NCBI GenBank assembly: GCA_965140445.1
Contig: OZ223236.1
Coordinates: 1,600,001-1,664,000, forward strand
Direction: 5' to 3'
DNA: 64,000 nt
DNA from: Candidatus Ozemobacteraceae bacterium
GTDB lineage: Bacteria; Muiribacteriota; Ozemobacteria; Ozemobacterales; Ozemobacteraceae
A model generated the notes under the pieces. The model saw nothing but the letters and a program-made list of their open reading frames with translations. It searched no databases and was not told the DNA's origin. The position numbers and the translations under genes are program-made. Below, piece after piece: positions 56,607 through 64,000 of this stretch; the first letter of the stretch is position 1; each line of letters opens with the position of its first letter.

Positions 56607-57192
56607 AATAGTCGAAAAAACCAGCGTTGAAGGACCTTTTTTGCGCGCTGCAATCTGGTTTCAGGGCTGTACAATTAACTGCCCAGGCTGTTGTAACCCA
56701 GAATTTCAATCTATTGATGGTGGGGAGCTGTTAACAGTAGAGGATTTGCTAAATAGAGTTATGAATATTCCTGAAATTGAAGGAATAACACTTTTGGGGG
56801 GCGAACCTCTGGATCAAGCTTTTGAGCTTGAATCCTTTTTAAGGGAGCTAAAGAGAGAGACAAATTTGGGAGTGGTTCTTTTTACCGGTTATACTTCAGA
56901 GCAGATTCTTGAAGACTACCGCTACAGAAGTATTGCCGGTCTTTGTGATTTAATTATTGCAGGTCCTTTCTTGAAAGAGCAAACTCCTGATAGAAGGATG
57001 TGGATTGGTTCCAAAAATCAAAAGATTATTGAGATTACTGATCGATATGAAGATCTTTGTCAAAGTTGGCCAATGGGGAAGCTGGATATTGAAATTTGTA
57101 TTTCCGATGGAGAAATCAGCTTTAACGGCACTCCTCTGGAAGAGTTTGATGAGCTTAACGAAATTTTTTCCAAGACTGGAGGTAAGAATTGA
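56593..57192 (+). CDS. NrdG-like radical SAM protein
   Basis: FQGCTINCPGCCNP, GITLLGGEP, FTGY and GSKNQ. Confidence 0.88.
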   Translation: MQIARIVEKTSVEGPFLRAAIWFQGCTINCPGCCNPEFQSIDGGELLTVEDLLNRVMNIPEIEGITLLGGEPLDQAFELESFLRELKRETNLGVVLFTGYTSEQILEDYRYRSIAGLCDLIIAGPFLKEQTPDRRMWIGSKNQKIIEITDRYEDLCQSWPMGKLDIEICISDGEISFNGTPLEEFDELNEIFSKTGGKN

Positions 57193-57488
57193 GAAGATTT
57201 ACAATAGATTTGGAATTTGATGAAAAATCTGGAGATACACGTTTGGTTGTGGATTTTCAGGATGACAGTATGACTGCAATTGAAATAAACGAATCTATTC
57301 GCAGTGGCGAAATGCTTGAGGAAGTTCTTAAGCAGGCGGGTCTTTTACTGGGAGAAGATGTGGCAAACCAGGTTCGTAGCGGCAAGCTTCCAGCAATTTG
57401 TCTTGATCATCATCCTGAACTAAGAAATTCAAAGGCAGGAATCTTGATTAATCAGGGCGAACAACAAAAACAGGGAATCGAACAGTGA
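57189..57488 (+). CDS. Small acidic protein of the FtsH ternary operon
   Basis: TTG start with GGAGGT; overlaps both neighbours. Confidence 0.65.
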   Translation: MRRFTIDLEFDEKSGDTRLVVDFQDDSMTAIEINESIRSGEMLEEVLKQAGLLLGEDVANQVRSGKLPAICLDHHPELRNSKAGILINQGEQQKQGIEQ

Positions 57489-58483
57489 AAATTGAAATAG
57501 CTCCCGAAGATATGATTTTTGAATACACAAATCAGCTTCTTTTGGGGATTAGAGAACCACAACTAAAATTCGAAAAGCATCTGGATAAAATGCCTCCAAA
57601 ATTTGATTATTCCGAGGAATTTTCAGAAAAGTGGAGTCAGCTTGTTGAGGTAACTGTTAGAAGGTTTCTGATTAATACATTTAAGTTTCGTCCTTTTGTC
57701 TATGATAGAAATGGTCAAATTGCACGATATTGTACAGCTGATAAAGAGTTCTGGCAGGATGTTGACATTAGTTTTTCATTCAGGTCAGCTGATAGAATTT
57801 GGGAATTGATAATGCTTGGCGTTCAAAAAGAAGACCCTCTTTATATAATGGCAAAGCCAGGTGATGCGCTTTTTCTGTCCATAATTAATAATGTTTTTGG
57901 GCAATATCATTTTAACTGGCTGATAAAAAACAATGCTAATTGGCTTATAATTGCGGCATTTGTAGCTCAATCTCCTGTAGCGCTAGATAGAATTCCCTGG
58001 ATGCCCCTCTTGGAAAGTCCAGAAAAGGTTCCTTTGCAGGTTAGAGATCTGCTTATAGAAAAGGTTAAGGCTTGCATGCTGCTGATTAACCATCTTGTCC
58101 GTGAAGTTTTTGCCAATAATCATTACGAACTTGGCGATCATTTTGGCGCTTTCGATGAATTGAGTTTTGTAACTGGCCCAATTAATTTTGGCCGAACAAT
58201 TCATGCTGGAGTTTTAAACCAAAAGGATCTTGATCAGCCAATGAACAGACATTTTTCACTTGGTCGTAAGCTTATCTCAGCTTTGAACAAAGCTATAGAA
58301 TACTGGACTACTGAAGGGGCAATTTGTATTGATGATGACAGGCACATAAGTGGCTATTCGCAAAGCTGTGGCCTGAATGATGAAATTAAGGCATTTGAAG
58401 CGATGCTTTCTGATTACAATGAACAGAAAAGTCTAGAGGAGGCAGTGCATGAGTCACTCATACAGGGTCAACCTACCCATTGA
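57485..58483 (+). CDS. Uncharacterised protein of the FtsH ternary operon
   Basis: 332 aa; GTGA overlap with the upstream gene. Confidence 0.68.
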   Translation: MKIEIAPEDMIFEYTNQLLLGIREPQLKFEKHLDKMPPKFDYSEEFSEKWSQLVEVTVRRFLINTFKFRPFVYDRNGQIARYCTADKEFWQDVDISFSFRSADRIWELIMLGVQKEDPLYIMAKPGDALFLSIINNVFGQYHFNWLIKNNANWLIIAAFVAQSPVALDRIPWMPLLESPEKVPLQVRDLLIEKVKACMLLINHLVREVFANNHYELGDHFGAFDELSFVTGPINFGRTIHAGVLNQKDLDQPMNRHFSLGRKLISALNKAIEYWTTEGAICIDDDRHISGYSQSCGLNDEIKAFEAMLSDYNEQKSLEEAVHESLIQGQPTH

Positions 58484-59018
58484 ACTTTTAATCCCAGAGT
58501 CACAATTGAAAGATTTCGGGAGTTTCTCGCTGGTTTTTCCTTTGCTTGAGATTTTACCTGCAGCCAAAATGAGGGAAAAGTTGAGTAAAAAATTGTCTGA
58601 AGGAGATTATGAGGTTTCTGAAGATGGAACTCTTAATAAATCTCTCGGGGAAGGTGTTAGCGTAGTTTTTAATCCTGACACTGTTTCTGCCAAAATCACT
58701 GTTCCAGTTCCAGAAGAATGGTCTGTAATGGTTGAAGACATTCGGATGGAAAGATTTAAAGAAATGATCAATGACGCCCAGGAAAAAGGTTTAACTGTTG
58801 ATAAAGTATACTCCTCAGCTAAAGGAAACATTGTTAAAGATGTAGAATCGACCTTATTGCCAGCTGTAATGAGTGTGAAAGCGGAAGTAAATGCAGCGTT
58901 AAAAGAAGTTTATCGTGAAGCTATAAAAGAGAAGGCCTCTGCTATGGGATCAGTTGTGGGAGTTTCTGAAACTTCTGAAAATGGAACTTATCGCATTAGA
59001 GTTGAGATTGAAGGCTAG
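58449..59018 (+). CDS. Uncharacterised protein of the FtsH ternary operon
   Basis: GAGGAGG RBS; MSHSYRV N-terminus and EAIKEKASAMGSV..YRIRVEI C-terminus. Confidence 0.7.
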   Translation: MSHSYRVNLPIELLIPESQLKDFGSFSLVFPLLEILPAAKMREKLSKKLSEGDYEVSEDGTLNKSLGEGVSVVFNPDTVSAKITVPVPEEWSVMVEDIRMERFKEMINDAQEKGLTVDKVYSSAKGNIVKDVESTLLPAVMSVKAEVNAALKEVYREAIKEKASAMGSVVGVSETSENGTYRIRVEIEG

Positions 59019-59038
59019 ATAGAAGTTAGAAAAAATTA

Positions 59039-59078
59039 AAAGGGGTCGAATTCATATTAAGTTGAATTCGACCCCTTT
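59039..59078. terminator. Bidirectional terminator
   Basis: AAAGGGGTCGAATTCA / TGAATTCGACCCCTTT perfect inverted repeat. Confidence 0.82.
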
Positions 59079-59090
59079 ATTTACAGTAAA

Positions 59091-59549
59091 TTATTTCTTC
59101 AGATAATGGTGTGCAAAGTTGTGAATCAGATCATCTAGAACTTTTGAATTATTAAGATCGGTGCTTTGTTTGCATTTCATTGCATAAACAAGAATTTTGT
59201 GCAGATATTCCAGGCTTTTTTGATAGTTTTCTTTAGCTTCTTTACTCGCCTTCTCGTCCAGGATTTTGATTCTTTGAGTTAAGAAGTATTGATTTACTAT
59301 GTCTTGAATTTTTACAGCATGGGCTTCTTTTGTGTTTATCCAACGAACGATTTGATTGTAGTTGGGTGTTTTTTCTTTTCCTAGTTCCACAATTTGTTTA
59401 ATTGCTTTCTCTATAGTGGCCTGGTGCTCTTTTAAAAGGGAAATTCTTAAATCATCCCCATAAATTCCACAAGGAACTTCGCAGTGCGCAAAAGCTTGTG
59501 AGCTAGACAAAGCAAGGATAAGAGTTAAAATAACAAACAGTTTTTTCAT
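59091..59549 (-). CDS. sodN: Nickel superoxide dismutase precursor
   Basis: Ni-hook HCEVPCGIY directly after the signal peptide; RWINTKEAHA and KCKQ. Confidence 0.92.
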   Translation of the reverse strand: MKKLFVILTLILALSSSQAFAHCEVPCGIYGDDLRISLLKEHQATIEKAIKQIVELGKEKTPNYNQIVRWINTKEAHAVKIQDIVNQYFLTQRIKILDEKASKEAKENYQKSLEYLHKILVYAMKCKQSTDLNNSKVLDDLIHNFAHHYLKK

Positions 59550-59616
59550 GTTTCCTCCACAAATAATTTATTTTCTTAAAATCTATTTAATATACTAACC
59601 TATGCAAATCCTAAAA

Positions 59617-59656
59617 AACAAACCACTGCTGTTAATATTGATAGCAGTGGTTTGTT
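59617..59656 (-). terminator. Intrinsic terminator
   Basis: AACAAACCACTGCT / AGCAGTGGTTTGTT with a T-tract on the minus strand. Confidence 0.75.
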
Positions 59657-59675
59657 GGGGTTCGAAACTTAAATT

Positions 59676-61520
59676 TTAATTATTACTCAATAGTTTTATT
59701 CTCTGATTTATTTCTTCAATTTGGTTCCCATTAGCATGACTCAATTTAAATCTAAGCAGACTTGAAATTTCATGGTCCATAGGAGCCAGAACAAGCTTGT
59801 TGGAAACTCTTTCCGAGCTTGCTATGTATTCATCAACAGTTTTAAATGATGAGTTTTCAAGATCACTTTTTACTGCTTTCAAAAGAAGATTCGAGTAATA
59901 TTCCCGGGCGGTAAGTGATTTCTCAAGATTAGAATCTTTAAGTGCAGAAACAAGACCTTGAACAAATTTGCTCATTGGTTCTGATTGCTGGACTCTGATT
60001 TGCGGGGAAATTGCTGAGTTCCCGGAAATTTCACTTATGCTTAAATCATAGATGAATGGTGATGCTGGCATATACTGGGTATCATCAACATCTTCAGGTG
60101 CAAGTGCCATAACAATTATTGTCATTCGATCATATGAGTTGGCTATTTTAACTTTTTGTTTTCCAATTAATCTATTTTGATCATTTGGGTTTTGTTTCAG
60201 GTTAATAAACTTAATAACAGGTAAAACCTGTTTGCTGGTGTCTTGAAAGACCATGGCTACCTTAAAATAGGGGTGTGTTGGTCCCAGAAATCTTTTGTAA
60301 CCTGAGAATGAAACCTCAAAGGGGTTGGCAAGCTTGCTTAAGTCTGCTTCAAAAGAATCAGATCCCCAAATATTAACGCTATCCTTGATCGTTTTTGGGA
60401 ATGTTTCAATAAATTCATTTCTAGGAATTTTAAAATTTTCAAGTTTCGCTTGTTCATAAGAAAACCTGCCATTTTCTAACGCCGGATCATTAATGTGGTT
60501 CGCAATTGAGAAGGCTGTAAATACATCCGAAAAGTTAGTTGTGGTTGTTTCAAACGCTTTTCTGTAACCGCTAATACTGGTAAATTTCGATGCTGTCAAA
60601 GTTTTGAAGAAGGTTTTTCTGGATTCTTCGTCTTTTAAAACCTTTTCTATCAGATATTGATTCCAAAGGAAAACCTGCCCATAATCAGGCATCGGGTCCC
60701 ACTTTGCCCAGTTGTTTAAACTTCGATCAGACTTTTCCTTTAGAAGTTTATAATGACCAGGGATAGAGAAGCCACAAAGAACCGGAGCAATTTGAGAACA
60801 ACCTTCATTAACCCATGTGGCTTCCTCGTTGTCTTGATTATAGTGAATCATATGCTGAAATTCGTGAGCCACTACTTCAAGGTAGTCATCTGCTTCTGGG
60901 TCGCTTGGGTATGTGTCTAAATATACTATTTCGCGTTCATTGGTTCTAACTTTACTATGCATTGGAAAGTCAGACTGACGCATTTCGTCACCCGCGAAGA
61001 AATAACCGGCAACATAGCCATCATTTGGATCAGAATAGCCATCCTGAATATCTACCATCAATAGGTTTACTCTGTTATCGTTATCAATGCCAGGTTTCCA
61101 TTCGAATCCAAAGTATTCTGTGTTGGTTTTATAAATCTGATTATCAAACTGTTCCTGCACTCTGTTTATGGCTTCCTGGCTCACATCCTGAGTGTCTTGA
61201 AGAAAAACATAGCAATGTTCACCAATTGCACGCAACACAGCAGTAACTTTTTCAAAGTTACCAGTTTGGATGTTTCTTACCCAGAACATTTCCTTTTGCC
61301 CAAGATCTTTTTCGAGGCCTGTTTCTTCTGGGTTGGTATCTGCAAACTGAATTCCGGAACGAAGGCCCGCAGGTCCCATTGCTCGATTTACTTTTGGTAA
61401 CTCAATTTCCCTTGCAAGAATATGAGTTGCATCTATTATATTACCTGCGTGGAGAGCCGAAGCGCTGAATGCGATCGCGACACACAAAGCATATTTGATA
61501 ATCTTTTTCATTTTTCCCAT
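59676..61520 (-). CDS. Exported zinc metallopeptidase (M30/hyicolysin-like)
   Basis: Signal peptide; YVAGYF, VAHEFQHMIH and WVNEGCS. Confidence 0.8.
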   Translation of the reverse strand: MGKMKKIIKYALCVAIAFSASALHAGNIIDATHILAREIELPKVNRAMGPAGLRSGIQFADTNPEETGLEKDLGQKEMFWVRNIQTGNFEKVTAVLRAIGEHCYVFLQDTQDVSQEAINRVQEQFDNQIYKTNTEYFGFEWKPGIDNDNRVNLLMVDIQDGYSDPNDGYVAGYFFAGDEMRQSDFPMHSKVRTNEREIVYLDTYPSDPEADDYLEVVAHEFQHMIHYNQDNEEATWVNEGCSQIAPVLCGFSIPGHYKLLKEKSDRSLNNWAKWDPMPDYGQVFLWNQYLIEKVLKDEESRKTFFKTLTASKFTSISGYRKAFETTTTNFSDVFTAFSIANHINDPALENGRFSYEQAKLENFKIPRNEFIETFPKTIKDSVNIWGSDSFEADLSKLANPFEVSFSGYKRFLGPTHPYFKVAMVFQDTSKQVLPVIKFINLKQNPNDQNRLIGKQKVKIANSYDRMTIIVMALAPEDVDDTQYMPASPFIYDLSISEISGNSAISPQIRVQQSEPMSKFVQGLVSALKDSNLEKSLTAREYYSNLLLKAVKSDLENSSFKTVDEYIASSERVSNKLVLAPMDHEISSLLRFKLSHANGNQIEEINQRIKLLSNN

Positions 61521-61622
61521 TCCTATGGCAATTATTCATTAAATTATACACAAAAAAACAATGTACCGATAGTTTGAAATCAAATCATAAAGGAATTTTG
61601 AACTGTTTCCGATAAGCCAGAT

Positions 61623-62141
61623 ATGTTGAAATTAAGTAGAATTAAAAAACTAATTCGAGTGTTTGTTATAGCCCAGATTCTGTTGGCTGTTTCTTCCATG
61701 CTTTTTCTTCGGGTTGATGCGGAGGAAAATTTGAATTCTGGCTATGCTCCCGTGGAATCATTAGAAATCATTTCTGCGGATTTTGCATTTGATCCCTATT
61801 CAAAAGACAATTATGATCCTGTGATCAAGGTAAAAGTTTTTAATGATTCTAATTTCCTGATTCACCGAGTTTTATTAAATGTGGATTTAAAAGCCGACAA
61901 TGGCAAATTTCATATTTTTTCTGACCGTTTTGTTCAATACATAAGCGGAGGAATTAAACCTTATCAAACCCAGGTTTTTATGATTTATCCGGGCCGATCA
62001 AGTTTTTGGAAAATGAGAAATATTCCTTATGACACTCAAATAGAAGTTAATGTTGATAAGGTTTTTATTCCAAAGAAGAATTCGCCCTGGCAACATGAAT
62101 TTGAATTTAATATTCCTTCAAGAGTTGATTATCTGGATTAA
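61623..62141 (+). CDS. Hypothetical exported beta-rich protein
   Basis: N-terminal signal/TM segment; 172 aa. Confidence 0.6.
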   Translation: MLKLSRIKKLIRVFVIAQILLAVSSMLFLRVDAEENLNSGYAPVESLEIISADFAFDPYSKDNYDPVIKVKVFNDSNFLIHRVLLNVDLKADNGKFHIFSDRFVQYISGGIKPYQTQVFMIYPGRSSFWKMRNIPYDTQIEVNVDKVFIPKKNSPWQHEFEFNIPSRVDYLD

Positions 62142-62159
62142 AATTATTGATTTCATAAA

Positions 62160-62194
62160 AAAAAGCCCGCCGATTATAAATCAGCGGGCTTTTT
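62160..62194. terminator. Bidirectional terminator
   Basis: AAAAAGCCCGC..GCGGGCTTTTT between convergent stops. Confidence 0.82.
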
Positions 62195-62200
62195 ATGTTT

Positions 62201-64000
62201 TTATTTACTAAGTTCGTGGTAGTCCTCAGGAACTGTAACGTTGGTTTCAAGACCAAGGAAGTTCAGAAGGCTGAGAATCAATTTTGATTTTTGTTCAGCA
62301 TCAATTCTACTCCAGGTTTTGCTCTTAACTTCTACATAACGACCGATACTTGGTGATTCCATAGTATCCACGTTAATAAAGAATTTAATACCTTTGAAAA
62401 CAACATGGAATCTAAGTCTATCTTTTTGAAGCTCAAGGATTGAATCTGGTTTAAAATACTCTTTATAGAATCTCAAAGAGTTGTTTGCCTGAGCAAGATA
62501 TCTACTTCTTGAAAGTACTATTTCAGATGTTTGATCAAAGTCTTCGCGGTTTTCACCGATAAGGGTCAGTCTTGATCTTACACTCTTAACATTGCCTTTT
62601 TCATCAATGAGTTCATCTTCTCTGTATCTGACCATTTCTTTGTTGTCAGTGAACTGGAAGTAAGTGTCAAATTGTCTGTAATGATTTTTCTGTTCAACAA
62701 CTATCTCTGGTGAACTGATTTTTTCAAGAACAGAACTTGTTTCTTCAATTTTCACTTTGACCTGAATTTCGAAGCTTTCTTCCTGAGTCGCTCCACCAAT
62801 AGCTACAAGCTTAGAAAGAAGTGATTGTTCTCTTTCAAGGAGGAATTTATCAACTTTTGCAGCAAACACTTTGCTTTCTTCCATGAGTGCTTTTTCATCG
62901 ATTCCTGTCAGTTCACGATCTCTTAAAACCCATTTTCCGTTGATCATCACGTCTGTTACGTCTGAAGATTTTGAAGCATAAACGATCTGAGAATAAGTTC
63001 CCTCAGGATCTCTCATGAATCTTGGTGCATTGTGAACAGGGGAGATGTCGAGGAGGATCATGTCAGCTCGTTTATTCTTTTCTAGTGATCCTGTTATATC
63101 ACTAACGTGAATGGCTTTTGCTCCACCATGTGTTGCCATGTAAAGAACCTGTCTGGCTGGAAGTGAAGTTGGATCTCCAGTTTTCAATTTGGCCAGGAAA
63201 GATGTTAGTCTCATTTCCTCGAACATGTCCAGATCGTTGTTTGATGCAGGGCCATCTGTTCCGATACCTACATTAACGTTAAGTTCAACCATTTTGGTTA
63301 CAGGGGCAGCGCCGCTGGCTAATTTCATATTTGATGAAGGATTGTGAACAGCACCACAACCATGTTGGGCTAATTCGCGCATTTCACCTTCATCTATGTG
63401 AATCAGATGGCCGCCGATTAGCTTAGTGTCTAACAAATGCTGTCTTTTGATGTAAGGAATTACAGGCATTCCGGTTTCGGCTCTAAGTCCATCAACTTCC
63501 TGAGATGTTTCAGCAAGATGGATATGCAGAGGAACATCAAATTCTCTTGCCATTGCGGCACATGCCTGAAGAATTTCAGGGGTTGTTGTGTAAGGCGCAT
63601 GAGGAGCGATTGCTGGAACGATCAAAGGATGGTTTTTCCACTCCTCAATAAACGCTCTGGTTCTTGTGAGTGCTTCTTCATAAAACGAAGAATCTGGTGA
63701 TGGGAATTTCAAAATGGATTCGCCCAATACTGCGCGCATTCCTGCTTCTGCGGTTGCTTCTGCAATGTGTTCTTCAAAATAATACATGTCTGCAAAAGTT
63801 GTAGTTCCACTGCGAATCATTTCTGCACAAGCAAGCTTGGTTCCAAGTTTTACAAATTCTGGTGAAACAAATTCTCTTTCAACTGGCATAATATAACCCA
63901 TCAGCCAAACATCCAGTCTCAAATCATCTGAAAGTCCTCTTAAAAGAGTCATGGGAACGTGAGTGTGGGCGTTTACCAGGCCGGGCATCAACACTCTTCC
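62201..64000 (-). CDS. MtaD-like amidohydrolase (MTA/SAH deaminase family) fused to a C-terminal CYTH domain; 5' end outside the window
   Basis: PGLVNAHTH, PHAPY, HIHLAET and GTDGPASNN; then EIQVKV, QFDTYF, VRYR, KDR and YVEVK. Confidence 0.82.
   Translation of the reverse strand, partial: GRVLMPGLVNAHTHVPMTLLRGLSDDLRLDVWLMGYIMPVEREFVSPEFVKLGTKLACAEMIRSGTTTFADMYYFEEHIAEATAEAGMRAVLGESILKFPSPDSSFYEEALTRTRAFIEEWKNHPLIVPAIAPHAPYTTTPEILQACAAMAREFDVPLHIHLAETSQEVDGLRAETGMPVIPYIKRQHLLDTKLIGGHLIHIDEGEMRELAQHGCGAVHNPSSNMKLASGAAPVTKMVELNVNVGIGTDGPASNNDLDMFEEMRLTSFLAKLKTGDPTSLPARQVLYMATHGGAKAIHVSDITGSLEKNKRADMILLDISPVHNAPRFMRDPEGTYSQIVYASKSSDVTDVMINGKWVLRDRELTGIDEKALMEESKVFAAKVDKFLLEREQSLLSKLVAIGGATQEESFEIQVKVKIEETSSVLEKISSPEIVVEQKNHYRQFDTYFQFTDNKEMVRYREDELIDEKGNVKSVRSRLTLIGENREDFDQTSEIVLSRSRYLAQANNSLRFYKEYFKPDSILELQKDRLRFHVVFKGIKFFINVDTMESPSIGRYVEVKSKTWSRIDAEQKSKLILSLLNFLGLETNVTVPEDYHELSK

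Noticed and set aside
56593..57192. nrdG of anaerobic ribonucleotide reductase
   Set aside because: No nrdD in the window; gene is embedded by overlaps in the MoxR operon.
48..63700. Numerous 60-190 aa antisense or alternate-frame ORFs in the track
   Set aside because: They overlap longer motif-supported genes and show no recognisable motifs.

Overview
AT-rich, gene-dense bacterial chromosomal window from a probably diderm organism (TatC, secretin-N domain, many Sec/lipoprotein signals). No rRNA, tRNA, CRISPR array or transposase was recognised. Housekeeping-type genes (DASS transporter, pepA, malic enzyme, tatC, sbcDC, mscS, Ni-SOD) surround four accessory loci. (1) 10.2-15.5 kb: a six-gene operon of three glycosyltransferases interleaved with uncharacterised partners. 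(2) 15.5-25.7 kb: a tightly coupled five-gene operon of unusual nucleotide-handling proteins, namely an output-less Cache-HAMP sensor, an NTT/MFS-HEAT transporter, a PhnD-like binding protein, a nucleosidase-radical SAM fusion, and an exported CCA-like nucleotidyltransferase-nucleoside phosphorylase fusion. (3) 27.2-39.9 kb: a cassette-like array of four short Rhs core/C-terminal toxin genes, each with its own leader and an exported immunity partner (one toxin is colicin M-like). These alternate with toxin-antitoxin modules and are punctuated by two families of structured non-coding repeats sharing a 40-bp palindrome, plus one Xer dif-like site. (4) 49.2-59.0 kb: an eight-gene soluble FtsH/MoxR/vWA-like/radical SAM operon matching the computationally described FtsH ternary conflict system. 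All assignments come from motifs read by eye; no searches were run.
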